Assembly: GCF_009914755.1 (NCBI RefSeq)
Contig: NC_060933.1
Reading direction: 5' to 3' (one strand)
Length of the DNA stretch: 64,000 bases
Source of the DNA: the human T2T-CHM13v2.0 reference genome, Homo sapiens
In this document: in pieces, positions 1-13,468 of the stretch
Layout: each line of letters opens with the position of its first letter
How positions within the stretch are numbered: position 1 is the stretch's first letter
The notes under the pieces: model-generated
The model's input: the letters and a program-made list of their open reading frames with translations, nothing else
Databases searched by the model: none
What the model was told of the DNA's origin: nothing
Made by a program: the position numbers and the translations under genes

Positions 1-204
1 TTTTCCATTTGCTTGGTAGATCTCCCTCCATCCCTTTATTTTGAGCCTATGTGTGTCTCTGCACATGAGGTGGGTTTCCTGAATACAGCACACTGATGGG
101 TCTTGACTCTTTATCCAATTTGCCAGTCTGTGTCTTTTAATTGGAGCATTTAGCCCATTTACATTTAAGGTTAATATTGTTATGTGTGAATTTGATCCTC
201 TCAT
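1..204 (-). CDS. L1 ORF2p N-terminal APE-like endonuclease (partial, open to the window edge; probably not functional)
   Basis: Manual translation from the ATG at 204: MRGSNSHITILTLNVNGLNAPIKRHRLANWIKSQDPSVCCIQETHLMCRDTHRLKIKGWREIYQANGK. Confidence 0.9.
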   Translation of the reverse strand, partial: MRGSNSHITILTLNVNGLNAPIKRHRLANWIKSQDPSVCCIQETHLMCRDTHRLKIKGWREIYQANGK

Positions 205-267
205 TATGATGTTAGCTGGTGATTTTGCTCATTAATTGATGCAATTTCTTCCTAGCCTCAATGGTCT

Positions 268-1282
268 TTACAATTTGGCATGTTTTTGCAGTGGCTGGTA
301 CTGGTTGTTCCTTTCCATGTTTAGTGCTTCCTTCAGGATCTCTTTTAGGGCAGGCCTGGTGGTGACAAAATCTCTCAGCATTTGCTTGTCTGTAAAGTAT
401 TTTATTTCTCCTTCACTTATGAAGCTTAGTTTGGCTGGATATGAAATTCTGGGTTGAAAATTCTTTTCTTTAAGAATGTTGAATATTGGCCCCCACTCTC
501 TTCTGGCTTGTAGAGTTTCTGCTGGGAGATCAGCTGTTAGTCTGATGGGCTTCCCTTTGTGGGTAACCTGAGCTTTCTTTCTGGCTGCCCTTAACATTTT
601 TTCCTTCATTTCAACTTTGGTGAATCTGACAATTATGTGTCTTGGAGTTGCTCTTCTCAAGGAGTATCTTTGTGGCGTTCTCTGTATTTCCTGAATCTGA
701 ATGTTGGCCTGCCTTGCTAGATTGTGGAAGTTCTCCTGGATAATATCCTGCAGAGTGTTTTCCAACTTGGTTCTATTCTCCCCGTCACTTTCAGGTACAC
801 CAATGAGATGTAGATTTGGTCTTTTCACATAGTCCCATATTTCTTGGAGGCTTTGTTCATTTCTTTTTAGTCTTTTTCCTCTACACTTCTCTTCTCACTT
901 CATTTCATTCATTTCGTCTTCCATCACTGATACCCTTTCTTGCAGTTGATCAAATCGGCTACTGAGGCTTGTGCATTCATCACATAGCTCTTATGCCGTG
1001 GTTTTCCGCTCCATCAGGTCCTTTAAGGGCTTCTCTGCTTTGATTATTCTAGTTAACCATTCATCTAATTTTTTTTCAAGGTTTTTAACTTCTTCGCCAT
1101 TGGTTCAAACTTCCTCTTTTAGCTCAGCGTAGTTTGATTGTCTGAAGCCTTCCTCTCTTAAATCATCAGTCATTCTCCATCCAGCTTTGTTCCGTTGCTG
1201 GTGAGGAGCTGCATTCCTTTGGAGGAGGAGAGGCACTCTCATTTTTAGAGTGTCCAGTTTTTCTGCTCTGTTTTTTCCCCAT
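268..1282 (-). pseudogene. L1 ORF1p (frameshifted)
   Basis: ATG GGG AAA AAA at 1282 and TAA at 268 span 1015 nt rather than the canonical 1017, implying a 2-nt deletion near 1168. The ORF-track 268-828 protein (KRPNLHLIGVPESDGEN...RATPRHIIVRF...ARREWGPIF...YPAKLSF) is the ORF1p RRM/CTD. Confidence 0.93.
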
Positions 1283-1862
1283 CTTTGTGGTTTTATCTAC
1301 CTTTGGTCTTTGATGATGGTGACGTACAGATGGGTTTTTGGTGTGGATGTCTTTTGTGTTTGTTAGTTTTCCTTCTAACAGTCAGGACCCTCAGCTGCAG
1401 GTCTGTTGGAGTTTGCTGGAGGTCCACTCCAGACCCTGTTTGCCTGAGTATCAGCAGAGGTGGCTGCAGAACAGCGGATATTGGTGAACCGCAAATGCTG
1501 CTGCCTGATCGTTCCTCTGGAAGTTTTGTCTCAGAGGAGTACCCGGCCGTGTGAGGTGTCAGTCTGCCCCTACTTGGGGAGGGGGTGCCTCCCAGTTAGG
1601 CTACTCGGGGGTCAGGGACCCACTTGAGGAGGCAGTCTGTGCATTCTTAGATCTCCAGCTGCATGCTGGGATACCCACTACTCTCTTCAAAGCTGTCAGA
1701 CAGGGACATTTAAGTCTGCAGAGGTCACTGCTGCCTTTTGTTTGTCTGTGCCCTACACCCAGAGGTGGAGCCTACAAAGGCAGGCAGGCCTCCTTGAGCT
1801 GTGGTGGGCTCCACCCATTTCGAGCTTCCTAGCCACTTTGTTTACCTACTCAAGCCTCTGCA

Positions 1863-2080
1863 ATGGCGGGTGCCCCTCCTCCAGCCTTGCTGCTGCCTTG
1901 CAGTTTGATCTCAGACTGCTGTGCTAGGTATGAGTGAGGCTCTGTGGGCGTACGACCCTTTGAGCCAGGTGTGGGGTATAATCTCCTGGCGTGCCATTTG
2001 TTAAGCCCATTGGAAAAGCGCAGTATTAGGGTGGCAGTGACCCTATTTTCCGGGTGCCGTCTGTCACCCCTTTCTTTGAC
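1863..2080 (+). pseudogene. L1 antisense ORF0 with premature stop
   Basis: ATG at 1863 reads MAGAPPPALLLPCSLISDCCARYE, then TGA at 1935-1937. The in-frame continuation (ORF track from 1944: GVRPFEPGVGYNLL...) matches the remainder of ORF0. Confidence 0.85.
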
Positions 2081-4641
2081 TAGGAAAGGGAATTCCCTTA
2101 CCCCTTGTGCTTCCCAGGTAAGGCGATGCCTCGCCCTGCTTCGGCTCATGCACGGTGCACTGCACCCACTGTCCTGCACCCACTGTCCGGCACTCCCCAG
2201 TGAGATGAACCTAGTACCTCAGTTGGAAATGCAGAAATCACCTGTCTTCTGCATCGCTCACACTGGGAGCTGTAGACTGGAGCTGTTCCTATTCAGCCAT
2301 CATGGCTCCACCCACCCTTCTGTTTCATTTTATTGATAAAAGTTAAATGCAGGCTGTGAGTTAGCATAAAAGCTCTGGGAGGTAAAGAAATTGGTAGAGT
2401 CTGCATCATCTTGTAGGCTCTTCCTTCACAAAATCTACTGAGTACTCATGGCACAGATTGGAAAGAGAACTAAAAAGTACTTGTGGTGCAGGCCAGGAAA
2501 AGGGAGGAGCATGTGCAAGGAAAGGACAAGAAACGCTGACCACATCCTTCTTCCAAACTTCCACAGTGGAAAAAAAAAAAAAGCCTTAATATGTGACAAA
2601 AGGAGAACAGGCATTGCTGCAGTTGGGACACTAGTCAAAACTTACTGCAGCCAGAGTAGGCAATAGAAGAACCCTGCCACTAGGATAAGGCTAAGATGAT
2701 TAATGAAGTCCATAAACAAATTCAGGGCATAGGTGCTAGAACCAAGAAGGCTACACACTAAGACTGAGCCTTGCTCAAAAAGATAAAGATTGCAAATCCT
2801 TCCAGCCCCCACCACTCCAAATAACTCCCATCACCAAGTTAACGTATTTAACAAGTAAAAGCAGAATATTGCTGGGGAAGGGCAAAATGAGTAACAAAAG
2901 CATGTGACAAGACTTTCTCTGAGACAGAGTACAAAGAGATGACCTTAACAGGACAATCAGACTCTTACTGTGCTGGTGAATCAACCCCAATGTAAACACT
3001 AGGTGTCTCTACAGGAATTGGAATCCTGTGTTGCACTGAGGTTAACCACACCTACAATAAATCTAAAATCTAGGTAAACTCCTCATCGTCTTAATTCAAT
3101 CTCCTTCATGAAAGACCTAGTGGGAAGAAACTCTTTTTACTATTGTTAGTCTTTGGATAGTTAATTATAACTTGATTGTTCAATTAACCCTAAAATATAT
3201 CTGTAAGTAGATTTCTGAAATCTACTCATTTGAAGCATCTGGGGTGAATTCTGTTTCCTGCTAGAACCCTGACACTTATATGTGCAGTGGTAAACCATAC
3301 ATTTTACTGTTTCTCAAACTTTTTTTTTAATTTGTACAAATTTATGGGGCACATATGAAATTTTGTTACATGTATTAAATGCATGGTGAACAAGTCAGGT
3401 TATTAAGGTATTCACCACCCAAATACATTTTTAGTAACTATAGTCACCCTACTCTGCTATCAAATGCTGAATTTATTTTTTTTTTAATCTAACTGTATGT
3501 TTGTACACTTTAACCCATTTCTCTTCATCCTTCCCTCCCTGTGTCACTCACCCTAGCAGTCTCTGGTTATCTTTCTACTTTCTGCCTCCATGAGATGAAC
3601 TGTTTTAGCTTTCATGTATAAGCGAGAACATGCAATATTTTTTTTGTGTGTGTGTGTGCCTGGCTTATTTCACTTAAGATAATAGCCTCCAGATCCATTC
3701 ATGTTGCTTCAAATGACATGATTGTAATCTTTTATATGGGTGGGTAGTGTGTCATTGTGTATATATACCACATTTTCTTTATCCATTCATCCATTGATGG
3801 ACACTTAGGTTGATTCCATATCTTTGCTACTATAAATAGTGCTACAGCAAACACATAAATGCAAGTATCCCTTTGATATATTGATTTCTTTTCCTTTGAA
3901 AAGTAATGGGATTGGTGGACAAAACAGTAGTTCTATTTTTAGTTTTTGAGAGGCCTCCATACTGTTTACTAGAGTTGGTGTACTAGTTTACATTCCGACC
4001 AAGAGCGTGTAAGAGTTCCTTTTCTCTGCGTCCTTGCCAACATCTATCATTTTTTTTTTGCGTTTTTAATAATAGTCATTTTAACTGAGGTAATATAATA
4101 CCTCACTGTAGTTTTATTTGCATTTTTTCAGATGTTTGGTGCTGTTGGCATTTTTTTGTATACCTGTTGGTCATTTGTATTTCTTCTCTTGAGAAATGCC
4201 TATTCATGCCTTTTGTCCACTTGATAATGGGATAATTTTGTTTTTTTTCCTGATGAGTTATTTGAGTTTCTGGTGCATTCTGGATGTTAGCATCCTGTTG
4301 GAAAATAGTTTGCAAATATTTTCTCCCATTCAGTAGGTTGTGTCCTTCATTCTGTTTATTATTTCTTTTGCGTACAGAAGCTTTTTAGTTTAATTAAGTC
4401 CTATTTGCCAACTTTTATTTTCTGTTGCCTGTGCGTTTCAGGTCTTAGTCAAAAATTATTTGCCTAGGCCAATGACTAGGAGATTTCCCTTGGCTTTTTT
4501 CTAGTAATTTTGTAGTTTTTGGTATACATTTAAGTCTTTAATCCACTTGGAGTTGATTTTTGTAGATGGCGAGAGACGGGTCCAGTTTTATTCTTCTGTG
4601 TGTGGATATCCCATTTTCCTAGCATCGTTTATTAAAGAGGG

Positions 4642-5019
4642 TATATTAGTCTGTTCTCACACTGCTATACAGAACTGCCTGAAACTGGGTAATTTATAAA
4701 GGAAAGAAGCTTCATTGACTCACAGTTCCACATGGATTGGCGTCGGGGGGGCCTCAGGAAACTTACAAGCATGGTGGAAGGTGAAGCAAACATGTCCTTC
4801 ACATGGCAGCAGGAGACAGAAGTGCTGAGCAAAGGGGGAAAAGCCCCTTATAAAACCACCAGATGTAATGATAACTCACTATCATGAAAACAGCATGAGA
4901 GTAACCACCTTATGATTAAATTACCTCCCACCAGGTCCCATCCCTATCACAACACGTGGGTATTATGGGAACTAGAATTCAAGATGGGATTTGGGTGGAA
5001 ACACAGCCAAACAATATCA
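4642..5019 (-). mobile_element. THE1C/D solo LTR (ERVL-MaLR) inserted in the old L1
   Basis: tatattagtctgttctcacactgct...ctgggtaatttataaaggaaag...gatttgggtggaaacacagccaaacaatatca; the host L1 sequence resumes on both sides. Confidence 0.93.
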
Positions 5020-5758
5020 GAGTATCCTTTCCTTAATGTAAGTTCTTGTCAGCTTTGTGAAAGATCAGTTGACTGTAAATATGTGGCTTTATTTCAGGGC
5101 TCTCCATTCAGTTTTGTTGGGCTTTCTTTGTTGATATCAATACTATGTTATTTTGCTTACTATAGCCTTGTAATATATGTTGAAGTCAGGAAATGTGATA
5201 CCTATAGCTTTGTTCTTTTTGCTTAGGATTGTTTTGACTATTTGGAGTCTTTTAAATTCCATATGAATTTTAAGATTGTTTTTTCTAATTCTGCGAGGAA
5301 TGATGTTGGCATTTTAATAGGAATGTCATTGAATCTGTACATTGCTTTGGGTAGTATCATCATTTTAACAATATTATTCAGATCTATGTGCATGGGATGT
5401 CTCCATTTTTTGTCTCCTTTTCTGTTTCTTTCATTTCTCTGTATGGTGTGTGTGTGTGCATGAGTTTTGCAGAGGCTTTTCACCTCCTTGGTTAAATTTC
5501 CTAGGTATTTCATTTTTGGTAGCAATTGTAAATGGATTGCCTTCTTGATTTCTTTCATGGCTATATCATTATTTGTATATAAAAACACTACTAATTTTTG
5601 TACCTTGATTTTGTATCCTGAAACTTTACCAGATTCATTTAGCAAATCTAGAGTATTTTTGGTGTAGAGTCTCTAGGTTTTTATAAATATAAGATTATGT
5701 TATCAGTAAAAAGGCAATCTGACTTCCCCTTTTCCAATTTGGATGACTTTCATTTCTT

Positions 5759-6162
5759 ATTTATTTTTTATTATACTTTAAGTTCTGGGATACATGTACA
5801 GAACGTGCAGGTTTGTTACATAGGTATACATGTGCCATGGTGGTTTGCTGCACCCATCAACCCATCACCTACATTAGGTATTTCTCCTAATGCTATCCCT
5901 TTCCCAGTCCCCCACCCTCTGACAGGATCTGGTGTGTGATGTTCCCCTCTCTGTGTACATGTGATAGACTGGATAAAGAAAATGTGGCACATATAGGCCA
6001 TGGAATACTATGCAGCCATAAAAAAGGATGAGTTCATGTCTTTTGCAGGGACATGGATGAAGCTGGAAACCATCATTCTCAGCAAACTAACGTAGGAACA
6101 GAAAACCAAACACTGCATGTTCTCACTCATAAGTGGGAGTTGAACAATGAGAACACATGGAC
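5759..6162 (-). mobile_element. Short L1PA (about L1PA7/8) 3' fragment with 5' inversion
   Basis: 5759-5963 is the L1PA 3'UTR on the minus strand, and 5964-6162 is the adjacent upstream segment on the plus strand. 14-bp TSD gactttcatttctt / gacttttatttctt. Confidence 0.9.
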
Positions 6163-6663
6163 TTTTATTTCTTTCTCTTGCCTGATTGCTCTGGCTAGAA
6201 CTTCCAGTACTATGTTGAGTAGAGGTGATTAAAGTAGGCATCTTTATCTTATTCCATTTCTTAGAAGAAATGCTTTCAACTGTTTATTTTGTCTCTATTT
6301 TTTTAGTTCTGCAGTAATCTTCATTATTTCTTTACTTCCACTAATCTGGGGTTTGGTTGGTTCTTGCTTTTCTAGTTCCTGTAGGTGCAACATTAGTTTA
6401 TTTGAATTTTTCTTGCATTTTTGATGTAAGTGTTTATTGCTATAAACTTTTAGCACTGCTTTTGCTGTATCCCATTGGATTTGGTATGTTGTGTTTCAAT
6501 TTTCATTTGTCTCAAGATTGTTTTTCTTTCCTTGATTTTTTTCCTTTACCCAATAGTGTACAGGAGCATCTTGCTTAATTTTCATGTATTTGTAAACTTC
6601 CAAAGGTCCTGTGTTATTGATTTCTAGTTTTACTCCATTGTAGTCTGGGAAGATCCTTGATAA

Positions 6664-6993
<330 letters not shown>

Positions 6994-9680
6994 GATTTTA
7001 ATTTTTAAAAAATATGTTCAGACTTATTTTGTGGCCTAATGTATGGTCTATCATGGAGAATGCTCCATGTGTTGATGAAAATAATGTATATTCTGCAGTT
7101 GTTGGACAGAATGTTCTGCGCATCTGTTAGATTCATTTAGTCTAAAGTCCAGTTTAAATCCAGTGTTTCTTTGTTGATTTTCTATCTATATGGTCTGTCT
7201 AATGCTGAGAGTGGGGTGTTGATGCCCTCCACTATTAATTCATTGCCGTCTATTAGATCTAGTAATATTTCCTTTATGGGTACTCCAATGTCGTGTGCAT
7301 ATATATTTGTAATTGTTATATCTTCTTGCTGAATCAATCCCTTTATCATCATGTAATAACTTTGTCTTTTCTCTTTTTTTTTTTTTTTTTTTTTTACTCT
7401 TTTTGATTTAAAATCTGTTTTATCTGAATAAAGAATAGCTACCATTGCTTGCTTTTGGGTTTTGTGGACTATCTTCTTCCATCCCTTTACTTTTATTCTA
7501 TATGCATCCTTCCTGGCCCACTGATGATACATGCTGTGTTGGTATTGGTAGATTATGTTGGCCTAACCTCAGACCCCAGGAGGAGTGTTCAGATGCCAAA
7601 AGTGGTGGATTCAGCTTTGGGAAATTTGGGCAAATGTGGTGGGCAATTTCCAGGCCCCTGGAAGATATGTTTGAATACTAGGGGCATGACACTGTGCTCT
7701 GCAGGACTTGTTCTCTGGCACCATGGTAGTGCATTCAGGCACTGGCTGTGATAGGCAGGGACAGGATGGTCTATAGGCCCCTGTCAAAATGCTTTGCTGT
7801 GGGCAGTAGCAGTTGCATTATACGCCTGCCACTGGGGAGGGCCAGGCTACTCTCAATGGCAGCAGCATAGGCAGATAGCTGTGAGAGAGGTGTTTTCCCC
7901 ACACCTTGGTCCTGCAGTAGCCCACAGAAGTGATGGTAGAATTTGTCCTCACAAAGTGTGAAAGGGCCTGCCTCCCTTCTCCCTCTTTGGCCTGGGAGCA
8001 GTAACATCAGCATTAGCTTTGACCCAAAGGCAAGACGCAGGCCTTTGGAATCCAGGTTCTCAGAATTGTATCAGCTGCAGGCCTATGATTGGAGGATGAG
8101 TGGTGGGGGTGCCCTCTCTCAGCTGGAGCAGCATAAGTGGGTAGCAGAAAGGAGTCCGGTTTGCTTGTGCCTTGGTTCCACAGAAGCCCACAGCAACAGC
8201 AGTGGGATTTGTACTTACGGTATGTGAAAGTACCTGCCTCTCCTTCTTCCTCCTTGGCCAAGGAGGAGAGCAGCAGTTTTGGCCTCAAGGCAGGACACAG
8301 TCTCTTGAGAGCTTAGTTCTCAGAATGGCACCAAGCTGCAGCAGCTCAGGACTCAAAGCCTGTGCGATGCAGTGTGAGTTCTCTCTCTCTCTAAAGCAAT
8401 GCCATGGTATAGCCTCTAGGCAACTCCATATGTTAGTCCTGAGGCCTGCATGGATTGAGGGGTTCTCCTGTAGCTAGGACTGTAAAAGTTCATGGCAGAA
8501 ATGCGGAGCCCTGGAAGACTGTCACTTACCTTTTTCCCTCATCCAGCTGTTTCTCCCAGTTCCCAGCTGGTCTCTGCTGAGCAGGGTGCCTAACTTCCCT
8601 CTCCTTTGTTTTTGGTGGTTCCCATTGCTTCTCTATTGAATTCCATTGTTCTCTCTTAGACAATCTATTTGAAATGAGAATATTTACTTGATATTTTGGT
8701 TCGTTTTTGTGGAGGAGGCACGCAGTAGCTGCAGCTAGTCAACCACCTTGAACCCCTCTCCCTACTTCTAAAACTTTCAATATTGCATTCTTTTTAAGAT
8801 TTGCATAATAATTTTTTATTTTGAGCTCATCTTTATGGGTATTTTCAGAGGGCATTTATATTTACTTTATTATAGAGCTATCCTTTATAGCAGAAATTTG
8901 CTGTTATGTCCACTTCTTCCTAGCTTTGTTAACTGATTTTTTTTTTATGTACTCTTCTGTAGCTATATTTTACTTTGCAGAACAAGCTATGTTCTGTCTT
9001 TAATCTGGGCATGTGGATATGTTATTCTATATTTTCTTATTTTGGTATTCAGTTAATTTCAATGAATTCTTAAGATCTCGATTCCTTCAGGAAGTCTTCT
9101 AGGACCTTCTCCCAAACCCAGGGGATCCCCATATGGGCAGCATACACCTTACTTTCATAACATTTATCACACTGTGCTGTACATTTCTCTGTACTGCTAT
9201 GTATCTCACATTAAAATCTGATATTTATAGAAAGAGGGATTATGCCTTCCTTTCACTCTGCCTAGCATAGTGTCTGGATTGAGTAAATAATTAATAGATG
9301 CTATTTTCTATTACATTCCTTTAACGATGCAAAGGACTGGCAAACGAAATGTGTCAGCCTCCAAATTTAGTGTGAAAATTTCTAGGAGGAAATTAGTAGG
9401 TTTGGGATATAACATTTCTGTATACTTAACCCAGACAAACCCATTGCTCAGCATTGATAGATGCTAAGGAAGTTGAAGATTCCAAGGTGACATGGTAAGA
9501 GCTCTTAACACTTAGTAATACACCAAGAATCAAGTTATTTATAGATTACTACTTCAAAGGTTCATGTTTTACACTGGCATTTTGCTAAAGGTCTTTTAAT
9601 GGTATTTTGTTAATTATTTACAAGATTGAATGATTATTTGACAGGCATAGGTTGGCTACAAAATTTGTTCAAAAGACTAA

Positions 9681-10000
<320 letters not shown>

Positions 10001-13000
10001 CAATTTTTTTGAAACCTAAATTTTATTGATTCTTAAGATAGTCAAATCTTCTTTATATAATACCTACTATCACTATAATGTTAATTATAACTTATTGTAA
10101 TTAAAATTATCATCATTATCATCATACCACAACTCAAACATTCTGTGCTAAGTTTTAAGTACCTTGGTAAGTATTTTTCTTGGATTTTCTCATTTTGCTT
10201 GGAATTTCTACAGCAGTACTATGATGTGGGAAATGTTCTTGCTGTTTTCTAAATAATGGCACTGAAGCTTAGCTAGTTCATGTAACTTATACAATGTCAC
10301 ATAGGTAGTGAACAACAAAACAGAATCAAATCACAGATAAACTAACTCCATAGATCTTAAGCGCTATACTAGAGCTAAATTGTAGAACATTCTAAAGATA
10401 TAATTAAAATAAGCCTTAATTCTTACCATCCTGACACATCCACTATGAGTGCTGTGACATACATTAGACTATTTTCTGTAACTATAATTTTGTGCCTTTT
10501 TTAGATAGATTGATTGTACATCTTTCATCCATCTTTCCAATTAAGTTTACATCTTATTTTTCTGCTCTTTGTATGGGAAATACTTGCATAATCTCTAATG
10601 ACCACATGCTAACCCAGGATATGAACCTATCATTGTTTAAAAAAAACAAAATATGTTATTAATATAAAATAAGCAATATCCCTTTAGGTGGCATGTGTGT
10701 GTGTGTGTACACACAAGATATGAAAAATAATAAAATTTTTAAAATCCAACTTTTTAAGGGAATAGAATACTCTTTTTTAACTAGAAATAATGTATTGGGC
10801 ATTTAATAACCACATACTTATCATTCTATTACTCTTTCAAAACTTATTTTCTTTTTGGAATTGTTACTTAGACAAAGTTTTGGTCTCTTTCTAGTAGATG
10901 GTGTTCTTTCATGGGTTTATGTAGAACTCTTTCGCTTTACTATGAGAAAGTATGTGTATAATATTTTCTATGGTATCAAGGTTATATTCTTATATAAATG
11001 TTTTGTGAATGCCCAAGAGTATTTTGCTCTTAGACTTATATATGGATAAAGATATAGATTACATATCTATAAATCTATATAAATATTATTTACATATGTT
11101 ACATATAAATAATTTAGGAAAATATATAAATTTATAAACACATATATGCATATGTACGTGTATGTGCATGTGTATGTTAAAGTTTCTTTCATTAGTTAGA
11201 TAAATAGATTTTGCTTTTTATCTAACTTAATACTTGTTCATTTTTCATTATCCTGATCAATATTGTCTGTCTTAAATCTTGAGCCTTGAGAAGGAAGTGC
11301 CTGCCTCTGTTTAAATAACTTTACATGGTATTTAATTCTCTGATGTTCACAGAGCCACATAAATATTTTAAGATAAGATAATGGTAATGTTATAAGTTAT
11401 TGTAGAATATGTGTTGGCTCTACTAGCTTTTTTCCCCCTGCTAAGTTTTGTTCAAGAGAATCAGTAAGGATTTTCCTGGGTCTGAAGCCAGCACAGTTAA
11501 TTGGGGAGCATCTGTTCTGTGTTAATTATGTGTAGTTTAATGAAAGTCCAAATTGATCTGGTCCTTCTCCATCTCTCAAATTTTTCCATTTACCTCTTCA
11601 ATGTGCAGAATTTGGAGGCATTTGAAACCTGATTTGTAACTGAGCAATTGACATTAGGTAACATGGAGTCTTAAGGGAGCTTTCAGGAGGATTTAAGTCA
11701 TAATTGAGCATCTGAGGGGTTGGGGTGAGACACTTCATCCCAGTGGAGCTGACGACATTAGGAATGCTTATGTGGCATTATCTGTAATTCCAATTCCAAA
11801 TCCATCTGGATTTTTTTAAAGGAAAATTACATAGAAAATGTGATCATTTTCAATAAATGTTATAACTAATTTCCTGCCTTAGGATGGAGGATTTGTTGGA
11901 GATAAAGTTAGCTAATTCATCCGTTTCCCATACTTGGGCCCATTAACATTGTTGAATACTTTAAATTCCTGCCACAGGTATTTATCTGAGACATATATCT
12001 GATTGATCACAAATATATAGACATATATTAAGTTTCAAAGATTTCTTTTCCCCCCTAGTCTCTGACAGTAAACAGCGATTTGAATTTGGAGCTCCGCATG
12101 CAGAGTGCCCACCCTCCCCTCCATCTTACCCCCAACACGGTTCCCCAGACAAAGTTGCTCAGTTAAGTAGGCCCACTAAGTACCAGAAAATGTGCCAGGG
12201 ATCCCACTCACACAGACCTGGGGTGGGTGGACCCAAAGTGGAGGCAAGTGTTTACTTGCAATAATGATGAGGATTTAATTGTGACGGTTAGAGGAACATT
12301 TGGAGGAGGTGAAGAGTAAAATCACTTTAGGAAGGGAGAAGTGCCCATGTAAAGGCTAGGAGATGAAACAATCATGGTAGAATTGAGGGGCTGAAAGAAG
12401 ACCAGGCCCTAGAATGCAAAGCATGAGGAAGGAGAGGATGGAGCTAGATAATACAGGGACATGGTCCTGGGTTAAGGGTTATCCAAAGGTTCAAGCAGGA
12501 GTAATGTCTGATTAGATCCTTCTTTTACCAAGACCACTCTGGTTACTTTAGAGAGTGGTTTGGAGGAGGGTGAAACCAGGGACTCCTGCAATAACTCTAT
12601 TAAAAGATAATGGGTTATAAAGGATATTAATATATAGACAGTTCAATCTGTGCAGGAACTCTAATTTTCTGATCATCTTTACAAATTTGACCCTTGCATC
12701 TGGACATTGTCTGGTCCTAAAGCAATGTACTTCATCAACATTAAAAACTCAGTGACACACCCTTCTTTCTCAAATGTTTTCCATTTATGGACATTTCTGG
12801 GGAATCATATATCTCTTCCTCTGGAAATAATATTGTCATTGAAATAACAGAGGGGAAGTGGCTTTGGAGAGAAGATAGAATATTTTCTCTCAGTGGTAAT
12901 GATGTTTTTTGACTATCTGAAAGCCTCGGTATGATAACTCTCCTTATCTCAGCCCATAAATTAATAAATAATTTAGGGATGGTGATGTAGATAAGTGGTA

Positions 13001-13217
13001 AATCTTTTCAATTTCAAGCAGTATTATAAAGTCATAATGATAAGATTCTTGAAAATCTTCCCTATGGAGGAAATGAGGAAATATTTACCAGAAAAAACTG
13101 TAAGAGATGGATAGAGATGGGTAACCAGAACGACTTTGATCATTCAGTGAGGTCAAAGCATATCAAGCATTTCTCTTACATAGATTTTCTGACAGTTTGA
13201 AGCAGATAATCATATAG

Positions 13218-13468
13218 GAAATTGTAACTGAATAGCTAGATCACAGGGAATCAGAGACTTTAAAATAGAAAAAAAAAAATGGTCTTGAGAGAGCTAAAGT
13301 TATCCATGCCATCAAGAAAAGCCCCTAGGCCCCATAGCCAAGAAATTGTAACTGAATAGGTAGATCACAGGGAATCAGAGACTTTAAAATAGGAAAAAAC
13401 AAAAAGGTCTTAAGAAAGCTAAAGGTATCCATGCCATCAAGAAGGCCCCTAGGCCCCAAAGACAAGAA
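13218..13468. repeat. Tandem duplication, ~124-bp unit x2
   Basis: gaaattgtaactgaatag...gcccctaggcccca starts at 13218 and again at 13342; about 90% identity by eye. Confidence 0.95.

Larger units (their letters stand above)
1..2316 (-). mobile_element. LINE-1, primate L1PA (about L1PA4-6): 5'UTR, ORF1 and start of ORF2; continues past the left window edge
   Basis: The minus strand begins GGGTGGAGCCATGATGGCTGAATAGGAACAGCTCC (L1PA 5' terminus). It has a ~1030-nt 5'UTR including the ~129-nt segment absent from L1HS, an ORF1-like translation, a 63-nt inter-ORF spacer (205-267) and an ORF2 endonuclease N-terminus. Confidence 0.97.

Noticed and set aside
10679-10694. CTCF-like motif cctttaggtggca
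   Set aside because: Mismatches at core positions; not supportable without ChIP data.
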